Assembly (NCBI GenBank): GCA_965219455.1
Contig: OZ244744.1
Location: 992,001 to 1,056,000 of the forward strand
Direction of reading: 5' to 3'
Length of the DNA stretch: 64,000 bases
Origin: Candidatus Latescibacterota bacterium
Lineage (GTDB): Bacteria; Latescibacterota; UBA2968; GCA-2709665
Part shown: positions 26,878-36,502 of the stretch, in pieces
Layout: each line of letters begins with the position of its first letter
Position numbering within the stretch: position 1 is the stretch's first letter
Notes under the pieces: generated by a model
What the model saw: the letters and a program-made list of their open reading frames with translations, nothing else
The model's database searches: none
Told to the model about the DNA's origin: nothing
Made by a program: the position numbers and the translations under genes

Positions 26878-29763
26878 TCAGGACCCGTCGGTCGTGTCCG
26901 GCGGATTCCCGGCCCCGTCCTGAGGTCCGCCCTCCGCCTTTTCCGGGTAGAGCACGAAACGCGCGTAGTTCTCCATATCGAAGTGCTTCTGTGCCGCATC
27001 CCGGACAATGTCTGACGTGAGTCCGTTCACCAGGTCGTCGTACGCCAGAATCTCAACGGGGTTCAGACCATGCCAATAGTTGGACGACAGGGACCTCAGC
27101 CAGAATCCGTTTTCCTTCAACGAAGCTTCCCGACTGCGGCGATCCCCCTCCTGGACTTTTTCGATATAGGTATCCGCTGCGCCGAACTGTTTGAGGCTGT
27201 CGATCTGGGCGAAAACCGCCCGGGTAAGTTGCTCGACGCTGTCGGGCGCGCAGCCGAAGTCGATCCGGATCCGGTACCGTTGCTCGGGATAATGGGACGT
27301 GAACACCCGCACCCCCACGCCGTAGGTCCCGCCCATCTCCTCCCTCAGGACCTCGCGAAGCCTGATTCGGAGTACGTCGATTGCCGACCCCAGGTTGTAA
27401 CGGTTCCTGCGGCTCCATTCGAAGGGCCCGGTGAAGACGATCCGGTTGCTGCTCTTGGGTTCCAGGCCCCTGTGGACGGTTTTTTCAATAACGCCCCGGG
27501 GAGGCCGCAAACCCACGTCGCGCCAGGTCTCGTTTCGCCGGGTCGCCGGCAGCCCGCCCAGGTAAGTCTTTACCAGGGGACGGATGCGATCCGGATCGAT
27601 GTTGCCCACAAAAAAGAAGTTGAAATCGCTCGCATCGGCAAACCGATCCTTGTAAATCTCCAACGAGCGCTCGAGATTCAATTCTTCCAGCAGCGCTTCC
27701 GACCACACCCTCGCACGGTGGTGGTATTGCGACATCGTGACCTGAATCGTATCGCCGAATGCCGCCGCCGGGCTGGCGCTGCGGTTTTCCAGCGATCCGC
27801 GGATGCGTTGAACGTAGGCCTGAAACGCGTCAGGGTCTTTACGTGGCGCCGTGAATGTGAGGTAGACCAGCTGGAACATCGTTTCCAGGTCCTTCAACGA
27901 CGCGCTGCCCCGGACCCCTTCGCGAAGTCCCTGGATCCAGGGCGATACGCGCACGACCTTACCCGCCAGTTTCTTTTCCAGGCCGATCGCGTCGAAGGTT
28001 CCCAGGCCGGCTTCCTGGACGACAGCCGATGCGGTCGCGGCCGCGACATAGTCCTGGTCCGAGACCAGCCCGTGCCCGCCGGGGCTGAATGCCGTAAACA
28101 GCACTTCGTCGTTCTTGAAGTCGGTCGGTTTGAGCACAACGCGCACGCCGTTCGCGAGCGTCCACTCCGTCACACCCAGTTCGGCTATTTCCTTCTGCGC
28201 GACGATTTCGGCGGGCTGCGGCGGCGTTTCGATCAGCGGGCGGCCCGAGACCGCGTCTTCGTACGGCTCGATCGCCTTCTCCTTGACGCGCGCGATTACC
28301 CCCGTCAGATCCGCTTCCGACGGCATCGGGGCATCCGGCTTCTCCGGACCGTCGACCAGCACCACGCGGTCGCGGTCGGTAATCCAATCGCCCGCCAGGC
28401 GGTTCACCTCGGCCAGTTCGATGCCGGGCACCACCTCCTGATACATCTTGTACTCGTACTCGATACCGGGAATCGGCTCGTCCGTCAGGAAATGCCGGAT
28501 ATACTCCGATGCGAAACTGCGGGACCGCACCTTGTCTCTCTCCGCGTTCGACCGCTCCATTGAACGGAGCGCCTCTGTTTTCTCCCGGTCCAGTTCCGAC
28601 TGCGTGAACCCGTGCAGGCGCACCCTCCTGGCTTCCGTGAGTACGGCCTCCAGGCCCCGCTGGATGCCACCCTCTCTCACACCGGCACCCAGCGCATAGA
28701 ACTCGCGAGTGCGGATAAAGCGACCCTGGCTGGAGAAAGCGAACATGTAAGGCGCATCGGGTTTCTTGGTCAATTCATGCAGCCGCGCGTTCAGCATCCT
28801 GTTGTACAGGGACTCGACAATATTCTGTCTGTAAGCCTCGGCCGAATTCTGCTCCCGCAGGGGTTGCTTATAGTAGATGGAAATATTCGTGCGCGTCGCC
28901 TCCGGATCGGTCGCAATGGCGAACAGGGTCTCTTCGTGCCCCGGCACCGGATACAGCGTCCGTCTTCTGGGCTGGCTCGCTGGAGGAATCCGCGCGAAAT
29001 GTTCCTGAATCAATCCCTCGATCCATTCCGTCTCGAAATCGCCCACGGCAATGACGGCCATCAGGTCCGGGCGGTACCAGTCCCGGTAAAAACGCTTCGC
29101 CGCCTCGTGTTTGAACGTATCGAGCACGGCCTTTTTTCCTATGGGCAGCCTTTCCGCGTATCGAGAACCCTTGAGCAGTATTGGAAACTGCTTGTCCCGC
29201 AGCCGGGCGCCCGCGCCCTGGCCCAGCCGCCACTCCTCGATCACCACCCCTCGCTCCTTATCGATCTCTTCCGCTTCAAAGAGAACGCCCGACGCCCAGT
29301 CCTCCAGAATCCGGAACGCCTGCGTGACAACCTGCGCGCTATCGGTGGGCACCTGGAGCATATACACGGTTTCGTCGAAACTTGTGTACGCATTCAGGTC
29401 CGGCCCGAAACGCATGCCGATCGACTCCAGGTAATCCACCAGGTCCTGCTTGGGAAAATTCCGGGTTCCGTTGAACGCCATATGCTCCACGAAATGCGCC
29501 AGCCCCTTCTGATCCTCGTCTTCCAGAATCGAACCCGCATTCACCACCAGGCGCAACTCCGCGCGGTTCTCCGGCCGTTTGTTTTCGCGGATAATGTAGC
29601 GGATGCCGTTCTGCAGCCTGCCGAGCGTCAGATTCGGATCCACCGGCATTTTGGGCGCAGGGGGCGGCGCGGGTGCTTGCGGCGGAACCGCCTTCTGCGA
29701 AGTCGCGCAGGCTCCAATCAATGTGAGACACAACAAAACCGGCAACCGCATTGCGTATTTCAT
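26878..29763 (-). CDS. M16 family zinc protease (PqqL-like), lipoprotein
   Basis: Inverted zincin HFVEH, NAYTSFDET, LREEMGGTYGV; lipobox LIGAC. Confidence 0.92.
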   Translation of the reverse strand: MKYAMRLPVLLCLTLIGACATSQKAVPPQAPAPPPAPKMPVDPNLTLGRLQNGIRYIIRENKRPENRAELRLVVNAGSILEDEDQKGLAHFVEHMAFNGTRNFPKQDLVDYLESIGMRFGPDLNAYTSFDETVYMLQVPTDSAQVVTQAFRILEDWASGVLFEAEEIDKERGVVIEEWRLGQGAGARLRDKQFPILLKGSRYAERLPIGKKAVLDTFKHEAAKRFYRDWYRPDLMAVIAVGDFETEWIEGLIQEHFARIPPASQPRRRTLYPVPGHEETLFAIATDPEATRTNISIYYKQPLREQNSAEAYRQNIVESLYNRMLNARLHELTKKPDAPYMFAFSSQGRFIRTREFYALGAGVREGGIQRGLEAVLTEARRVRLHGFTQSELDREKTEALRSMERSNAERDKVRSRSFASEYIRHFLTDEPIPGIEYEYKMYQEVVPGIELAEVNRLAGDWITDRDRVVLVDGPEKPDAPMPSEADLTGVIARVKEKAIEPYEDAVSGRPLIETPPQPAEIVAQKEIAELGVTEWTLANGVRVVLKPTDFKNDEVLFTAFSPGGHGLVSDQDYVAAATASAVVQEAGLGTFDAIGLEKKLAGKVVRVSPWIQGLREGVRGSASLKDLETMFQLVYLTFTAPRKDPDAFQAYVQRIRGSLENRSASPAAAFGDTIQVTMSQYHHRARVWSEALLEELNLERSLEIYKDRFADASDFNFFFVGNIDPDRIRPLVKTYLGGLPATRRNETWRDVGLRPPRGVIEKTVHRGLEPKSSNRIVFTGPFEWSRRNRYNLGSAIDVLRIRLREVLREEMGGTYGVGVRVFTSHYPEQRYRIRIDFGCAPDSVEQLTRAVFAQIDSLKQFGAADTYIEKVQEGDRRSREASLKENGFWLRSLSSNYWHGLNPVEILAYDDLVNGLTSDIVRDAAQKHFDMENYARFVLYPEKAEGGPQDGAGNPPDTTDGS

Positions 29764-29772
29764 ACAAAAACC

Positions 29773-31107
29773 TCAGGTATCAGGAGTCCACGTCTCGGCG
29801 AGCGGTCGATGGGTGAACGCCTTTGAGCCACCTCCGATATAATCGCCCGCAATTTGCCCGTTCCCCTCAATGATGTATTTGTAAATCACCAGACCCTCAA
29901 GGCCTACGGGCCCCCGGCTGTGCAACCGGTTGGTGCTGATGCCCACCTCCGCGCCCAGGCCGTAGCGGAAACCGTCGGCAAAACGGGTCGACGCGTTGTG
30001 CAACGTGGACGCGGAATCCACCTCGCGCAGGAATCTGGACGCCGCACCCCGGTCTTCCGTCACGATCGCATCGGTGTGGTTGCTGCCGTAGCGATTGATA
30101 TGATCGACCGCCTCCTGAACGCCATTCACCACCCTGACGGAGATCACCATATCGAGGTATTCCGTTCCCCAGTCGGTCTCCGTCGCCGGAACCAGCGCCT
30201 CTCCTGCCAGCGTTCGCGTCAACTTGTCCCCCCGCACATCGACGCCGTTCCGCTGGTATATCTCCACCATCTCCGGCAGAAATTCTCCGGCGATATCCCT
30301 GTCTACAAGCAACGTCTCCACCGCGTTGCACGCTGAGGGATACTGGATCTTGGCATCCAGACAGATCCGTTTCGCCTTCTCGAGATCCGCCGTCGCGTGT
30401 ACGTACACGTGGCAGTTTCCGTCGGCATGCCCCATCACCGGAATCCTGGTATTCCGCATAATGTGCCGGACAAGCGCGTTACCGCCACGGGGGATGATCA
30501 GGTCGATCAGATGGTGCAGATCCAGTATGGCCTGCACCTCCTCGCGCGCCTCCATCAGATGCATCCAGCCATTTGGAGTACCTGGTAACCCGCGCGTCGA
30601 CGCAATGAGGACGTTCGCCAGCGCGCGATTGGTATGAAACGCCTCGCTGCCGCCCTTCAACAGCGCCGCATTGCCCGACTTCAGACAGAGCGTGGCAATC
30701 TGCACCAGCGCGTCGGGCCGCGATTCGAACACGATGCCCACCACGCCGATCGGTACTGATACTTTATACAGGTTCAACCCCTTGTCCATCTCCGTCGCCG
30801 CCAACGTTCGGCCAATGGGATCCACCTGGGCCTTCACACTGCGCACCCCCGGTATGATCTCGTTGCGCAGCTTGCCCTCATCCACCTTCAGCCGGCCGAC
30901 CAGCGCACCGGTCAACCTGCCTTCGGCCAGCAGGACGTCCGCCGCTTCCAGGTCCCGTCGGTTCGCCTCCAGAATGGCGCCCGCTTTGGCCTCGAGACCA
31001 CGCGCGATCGCCTCCAGCGCCGCGTTGCGTTCCTCCTCGGACGCGTTGCTCAATTGCAATGCCGCGGCCCGGGCGCCCTCGGCTCTGGCTCGAATTTCGT
31101 CTGACAT
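29773..31107 (-). CDS. proA: Gamma-glutamyl phosphate reductase
   Basis: VPIGVVGIVFESRP, ACNAVETLL, NASTRFADGFRYGLGAEVGIST..HSRGPVGLEGL. Confidence 0.95.
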   Translation of the reverse strand: MSDEIRARAEGARAAALQLSNASEEERNAALEAIARGLEAKAGAILEANRRDLEAADVLLAEGRLTGALVGRLKVDEGKLRNEIIPGVRSVKAQVDPIGRTLAATEMDKGLNLYKVSVPIGVVGIVFESRPDALVQIATLCLKSGNAALLKGGSEAFHTNRALANVLIASTRGLPGTPNGWMHLMEAREEVQAILDLHHLIDLIIPRGGNALVRHIMRNTRIPVMGHADGNCHVYVHATADLEKAKRICLDAKIQYPSACNAVETLLVDRDIAGEFLPEMVEIYQRNGVDVRGDKLTRTLAGEALVPATETDWGTEYLDMVISVRVVNGVQEAVDHINRYGSNHTDAIVTEDRGAASRFLREVDSASTLHNASTRFADGFRYGLGAEVGISTNRLHSRGPVGLEGLVIYKYIIEGNGQIAGDYIGGGSKAFTHRPLAETWTPDT

Positions 31108-31193
31108 TTCCGACAACCTCCTGCGGAAATCCTTAAATGGTCGTACCTGGCAATGAGTCTTCCTCGGTGGCGGATTCGCCGTTCTGAGACCCG

Positions 31194-32237
31194 CTACAGT
31201 TCGAGGCCCACCTTTCGCCCCGTCTCCACGATCTGCTCCCAGGTCGAGTCCGGAACGGGAATGCCGGATTTCGACCGTTCCTTCCTGGTCCGCCACGACC
31301 GCTCACCCGGCACCAGCACCTCGTGCGACCCCGGCGCCGGTTCGGCCGATTTCACGTAGTCCACGAATCGCTTCACCTCCGCCTTGAACGCGTCGAGCGG
31401 CCGAAAGGCTTCAATATTGATGGCCTGCACAAAAAGCGCGTTCCCCGTCACCTTCGAGTCCTGGCGGGAACACCCGGCCGGTGAGAGCGCACCCGAGAGA
31501 ATGTCGATCACGAAGGCCAGGCCGTATCCCTTGTGCGCCACGGGACCGCCGAACGGCAGCAGCGCGCCTTTCGGTTCCGTCATATACACCCCGGGATCGT
31601 TTGTCGGATAGCCTTCGTGATCGATCATCCAGCCGTCCGGCATCCGTTCACCCTTCGCCAGTGTCACGCGGACCTTGCCTCCGGCCGCCACCGCAGTGGT
31701 AAAGTCCAGGGCGATCGGAAATTCCCCCGCCGATGGGCAGGCGACTGCGAGGCAATTCGCGGGCAGTACCCGCCCGATCCCGCCCGACGGAGGCATCGCC
31801 AGATCGGCCCCGTGTCCGTTATTCGCCAGCATTCCGATCATGCCGGCTTCGGCAGCCAGCGGCGAAAAAGCGCCAAGCCGGCCGACGTGGTTACACCGGT
31901 GAACCGTGACCAGCCCCACCGAGGCCTCGCGGGCCTTGCGTATGGCCACGTTCATTGCAGCCACCGCGGTCACGTGTCCGAACCCCCAGTTCCCGTTCAA
32001 CACCGCCGTTGCGGGTGTCTCCCGTTCCACCTCGACCACGGCGCCCGGGACTATCTGACCGGATGCCACCCCCGCGACGTACTGCGGCAGGCGCTGTACG
32101 CCATGCGAGTCGTGACCCGACAGGCTGGACGCCACGAGTTGTCCCGCGACCGTTTCCGCTTCATCGGACGTGGCGCCGGCCCGTTCGTAGATCTCCCGCC
32201 CTATTCGACGCAGTTCGACCGCAGATAAAACCGGCAT
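31194..32237 (-). CDS. Ldh_2 family (malate/L-lactate/sulfolactate-type) oxidoreductase
   Basis: GHDSHGV, NHVGRLG, LLPFGG..HKGYGL, VPGE. Confidence 0.9.
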   Translation of the reverse strand: MPVLSAVELRRIGREIYERAGATSDEAETVAGQLVASSLSGHDSHGVQRLPQYVAGVASGQIVPGAVVEVERETPATAVLNGNWGFGHVTAVAAMNVAIRKAREASVGLVTVHRCNHVGRLGAFSPLAAEAGMIGMLANNGHGADLAMPPSGGIGRVLPANCLAVACPSAGEFPIALDFTTAVAAGGKVRVTLAKGERMPDGWMIDHEGYPTNDPGVYMTEPKGALLPFGGPVAHKGYGLAFVIDILSGALSPAGCSRQDSKVTGNALFVQAINIEAFRPLDAFKAEVKRFVDYVKSAEPAPGSHEVLVPGERSWRTRKERSKSGIPVPDSTWEQIVETGRKVGLEL

Positions 32238-32271
32238 GCGAATGCTCCTCTGTACGAATTAACCGACCGCT

Positions 32272-32387
32272 CGGACCGGGGCGGCAGACCAGGGTTTCGC
32301 GCGGTGTATTTAACTGGAGTAGGCCGCCTACGGACTCGGGGCGGCAGAAGGGTTTCGCGCGGTGTATTTAACTGGAGTAGGCCGCCT
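32272..32387. repeat. Tandem direct repeat, 58 and 57 bp, each closing a GGCGGC/GCCGCC stem
   Basis: 39-bp identical core at 32291-32329 and 32349-32387. Confidence 0.85.
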
Positions 32388-34217
32388 CAACGCTGGAGTG
32401 TCAACGCCCGGTACCGCTCCAGAATCGCCCCCGGAACCACCTTCTTCAAGCCCCGCGTGAGCGTACCCGTCTCCTCGGTGAGCGCGTCGGGCAGCACCAG
32501 CACCCGCTGAGGACGCTCGTGTCCAGGCAGGCCGGCGGCGGTCGCCTCGTTCAACAGGAGTTCCCGCAACCGATCCGCCACACCCGAATGCCCGCGTACG
32601 GCGTCATCGTCTTCGGGAAGATCCGGCAAATCAGTCAACGTCCGCGCCTCCTCTACGTTGACCGTGACAACCGGCATGGGGAAGGACCCGCTCTGATCGC
32701 CCCAGACCATCACGTGCTCCACCAGCGGAACCCGGGCGTATATCCGTTCGAGTAACTCGGGATTCACAAACTCCCCGTTACTCAATTTGAACTGCCGTCC
32801 CAGGCGTCCTCCCGTCCCCATCCATACTGAACAGATCGCCCGTCCTGTACCACGTTTTGCCGGACTCGTCCTTCACCAGCGTCCGGGCGGTGCGATCGGG
32901 ATCATTCAGATATTTCCGCATCACGTGGGAACCGTGCACCCAGAGCTCTCCTTCCCTTCCGTGGCTTTCGCTGTAGGTCTGCGTGGCCGGATCGCCGGAC
33001 CCCACCTCTTCACCCTCTTCCGTCATCAGCTTCACCTCCAGAAGCGGCCTTCCCACGGTACCGGTCTTCTGAGCGTCCAGCGTATTCACCGCAATCAGCG
33101 GGCAGCACTCGGTCGTCCCGTATCCTTCAAGCGAGGCGATATCCAGCACGTCCTGGAAAAAATCCAGCGCCTCGGGGTCCGCCTTGGCGGAGCCTACAAT
33201 GAGCAGTTCCAGCCGGCCGCCCACGCGCTGGGACAGTTTCTCCTTGATCTTCGCCACCACCTTCCGTCCGATCAATCCATAGACCGCCCGGTCCGAGATG
33301 GAAGCCGTGCCCCTCGAGATGTTTGCCTTGGCCCGAACCGCGCGCTCCACCAGCCTGCCTTTTACGCCGCCCGCGTCAATCTCCTTGCGGACGTTTCCGT
33401 ACACCTTGTCGAGAATCAGGGGCACGGTCAGGAAGCCGTGAGGTTCCGAATAACGAATGTCCACCAGCACCCGATCCGGCGAACGCGCAAGATCCAGCGT
33501 CCAGCCCTTGACAAGGGGATAGTAGATATTCAGGATGCCCATGGTATGGTAATCCGGCGCGGACTTGAACAGAACGGGCTGTTCGCGACGGGATATCCCG
33601 TCCCACACCGACCTTACGTTATCCACCAGATTCTGATGGGTCTGTACAACGCCTTTCGGCAAACCGGATGATCCCGAGGTGTAGACCACCTTTGACTCGT
33701 CGTCCGGATGGATCTCCAGGTCCGGAGGAGGCGCCTCCGCTCCATCCTTCACCAGAGCGAAAAACGACCGGGTCTCTTTGGAGTGGCCCTCTGTAAGGAT
33801 CAGTTTTGGCGATTTCCCGAGGCGCGGCAGTACCCGCTCCACCTGTTCCCGGCTTTTGCTGTCCAGGAACAGCACAGCGAGGCCTGAATGGTCGATTTTG
33901 TACTTCAGAATATCGTCGGGCAGCTTATTGCACAGCGGCACCGAAGACAGACCCAGCATATCCGCCGCCAGGAAAATCAGCACCGGCTCCAGACCGCCGT
34001 CCGTCAATACCCCCACGCGGTCGCCCTTTGCAAAACCGGCGCGGGCGAGCCCGGAAGCCAGCCGGTCCCGCTGCTCACGGAGCTGCGCGTAGGTCATCGG
34101 AACGTAGCGCAATCCCCTTTCGCCCGGCTGATCGGACTGCCTCAGCACGCGTACCGCCGTCCGTTCCGCGTGCTTTGCGAAGCTCTCGTTCATCAGATCT
34201 TTAAGGGTCCGACTCAT
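32387..34217 (-). pseudogene. Long-chain acyl-CoA synthetase (FadD/FAA1-like), frameshifted
   Basis: YTSGSSGLPKG, EGYGTTE, WYRTGD in 32778-34217; GR..QFKLSNGEFVNP C-terminal domain in 32387-32821. Break near 32810, where the usual YL.x.GR residues are missing. Confidence 0.85.
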
Positions 34218-34534
34218 ATCCGAAGGTCTCCTTTTTTGCCGGATCCGGGATTGGAACCTGCCGTTGAAACAGGGTCGTCAGCCGATCTGACTACCCCTCC
34301 CGGAACCGCACCATAACACGTCGCTGGATGACACGCTCGACGTTTTCCCGGCGAGGACGAACAAGCGGGTAAATATAATCACGCACGTCACCCGCCGCAA
34401 TCGTTTCCCGTATTTCAATCAAGTGCCGGCACGGCTTCGTCATTTACCGGATTGCCGCCTCGAATTGTCGCTTGTTGCACGCTATCAAAGGGAGCACCCT
34501 ATCGTTTACATTAATCATACACCATTGCCCCCGG

Positions 34535-34619
34535 ACCCTGAGCCGCTCCCTGAGCTTGTCGAAGGGTCGGCAAGGGTGGAAAAACGCACCGAAACGCGGG
34601 CGCTTCGACAAGCTCAGCG
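34535..34619. repeat. REP-like CCCTGAGCTTGTCGAAGGG hairpin repeat
   Basis: Both arms match 1016-1135, with a compensatory C/T-G/A change. Confidence 0.8.
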
Positions 34620-34674
34620 TCCCCGTTTGGGTAAATTCTTTTCCACTGTACCAGGAGCAACAAATGGCAACTAT

Positions 34675-35127
34675 TTACTGCTCCTGGCAATAACATCGTC
34701 CCGTCCGCGCATTTACGGGACGAAAGGCCAGTTGCGTTGTGCGATCCTCGCCGCTGCCTCGATGCAGGTAAATCGCGGTCAAGGGTACGCCGATTTGGAT
34801 AGTTTCCGGATTCCGTGTGTCGACGCCTTCTATGCGGGCGACGATTCTGGGGCTTTCGTCCAGTTGGACAACCCCGGTGCAATACGGATTGTCGCGACTG
34901 TAGCCCTCCTCCTGCATGGCGGGCGGACCGATGGAAATGCATGTAAAGGCCACGAGCTTGCCGTCGCCTCTCATCCGGATCCATTGCATTCCCGTATTCT
35001 GACATTCTGTACATACCGGACGCGGCGGCACGTAACTGGCGTCGCACCGCGGGCACGCCGACCCCATCAATTTTTCTTCGCGGAGGAATGCCTCGAACCA
35101 GTAATCGCTGATCGGCCGCGTCGCCAC
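34675..35127 (-). CDS. DUF35 Zn-ribbon/OB-fold protein (thiolase partner)
   Basis: CPRC...PPRPVCTEC, PYCTGVVQLDE; 3 bp from the thiolase. Confidence 0.9.
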   Translation of the reverse strand: MATRPISDYWFEAFLREEKLMGSACPRCDASYVPPRPVCTECQNTGMQWIRMRGDGKLVAFTCISIGPPAMQEEGYSRDNPYCTGVVQLDESPRIVARIEGVDTRNPETIQIGVPLTAIYLHRGSGEDRTTQLAFRPVNARTGRCYCQEQ

Positions 35128-35130
35128 CGG

Positions 35131-36396
35131 CTATCGCCTCTCGAGAATCGTAAACGTACTCGTGCCGCCGGTGCCACCCAGGTTGTGGGCCGCGCCCAGG
35201 CGCAGATCACCGTTCGGCACCTGCCTTCCGCCGGCCTGTTGGCGCAGTTGTTCCCATACCTCGAACAACTGCGCGACGCCGGTCGCCCCCACGGGGTGCC
35301 CCTTGCACTTCAGACCGCCGGAAGTGTTAATCGGCTTCGGTCCGTGCAGCCGGGTCGCGCCCTCACCAACGGCCCGGCACCCTTCCCCGGGGCTGAAGAA
35401 GCCGAGATCCTCGATGTGGAGGATCTCCGCGATGGAAAAACAATCGTGCACCTCGGCGAACTGAATGTCCGCCGGGCCGAGATCCGCCATGGCATACGCT
35501 TCCCGACCGGCCTGGCGCGTGGCCTCAAAGCTCGTCAGATCCGGCGCCGCGTGGAGCCCCCTGCCGCTGCCCTGGCCAAGGCCCACCACGTATAGCGGAT
35601 CGTCGGTAAAACGTCTGGCGATCTCTTCGCCGACCAGCAGGATACAGCCGGCGCCGTCGCTGATGGGACAGCAATCGAACAGGTGCATGGGCCATGCGAC
35701 CGGCGGGTTGACCCCGGGGTCGCGCAGGAAGTCTTTTTCGTCCGTCCATTTTGGCAACGGGGCGCCACTTGCTCGGGCGCGCTCCACCTTCGAATCCATT
35801 ATATCAGCAATTGAGGCCCGGAACTGCGCTTTCGGATTCAGCGGCGCGTTCTCGTGACTTTTTATTGTGACATCCATCAGGTGCTCGCGGTTCGCGCCGT
35901 ACTTGTGGAAATACGCCGTCGCGATCGCGCCGAACACCCCTGGAAAAGTAAAGCCCGACTTCCGTTCGTAGGGTACCGCCGCCGACGCAAGGCCCTCCGC
36001 CACGTCGGCCGTGGAGCGCTTTGACATGTCCTCCACGCCGCCGACGAGGACCACGTCGTAGAATCCCGACGCGATAGCAAAGACGCCTTCACGGAAGGCG
36101 ATTGCGCTGGAGGCGCAGGCGCCCTCGGTGCGTGTCGCCGGCCTGGGAACCAGGCCCAGCGCATCGACAAGAACCGCGCCCCAATGGGATTGACCCACGA
36201 AGAAATCGTTGGTGAAATTGCCGATGTACAGCGCATCGATCTCGCCGGGATCCAGCCCCTTGTCCACCGATGCGATCATCGCGCGGAAAGCGTCTACGAA
36301 GAGATCCCTGGAATCCCTTTCTTCGAACATGCCGAATTCCGACATGCCGGCGCCCACCATGGCAACGCCCCGTCCGAGTTTGCGTTTCTTAACCAT
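35131..36396 (-). CDS. SCP2-type thiolase
   Basis: EGACASS, EVHDCF, INTSGGL..GHPVGATG, HNLGG. Confidence 0.92.
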   Translation of the reverse strand: MVKKRKLGRGVAMVGAGMSEFGMFEERDSRDLFVDAFRAMIASVDKGLDPGEIDALYIGNFTNDFFVGQSHWGAVLVDALGLVPRPATRTEGACASSAIAFREGVFAIASGFYDVVLVGGVEDMSKRSTADVAEGLASAAVPYERKSGFTFPGVFGAIATAYFHKYGANREHLMDVTIKSHENAPLNPKAQFRASIADIMDSKVERARASGAPLPKWTDEKDFLRDPGVNPPVAWPMHLFDCCPISDGAGCILLVGEEIARRFTDDPLYVVGLGQGSGRGLHAAPDLTSFEATRQAGREAYAMADLGPADIQFAEVHDCFSIAEILHIEDLGFFSPGEGCRAVGEGATRLHGPKPINTSGGLKCKGHPVGATGVAQLFEVWEQLRQQAGGRQVPNGDLRLGAAHNLGGTGGTSTFTILERR

Positions 36397-36502
36397 CGTA
36401 CATCGCCTCGGCGCCAATTTCAATTCGACAGGCGAGCGCGAGAATATGGGGAAGTGACGCTGCCGGCCCGGAATCGCATCCCGCAGGCATCAGGTCAACC
36501 CG

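Noticed and set aside
27070-29826. Long plus-strand ORFs (497 and 404 aa) and similar antisense ORFs elsewhere, e.g. 51538-52659
   Set aside because: Shadow frames of well-supported genes in GC-rich DNA; no motifs.
32272-32387. CRISPR array
   Set aside because: Only two adjacent units, no spacer, no cas genes.
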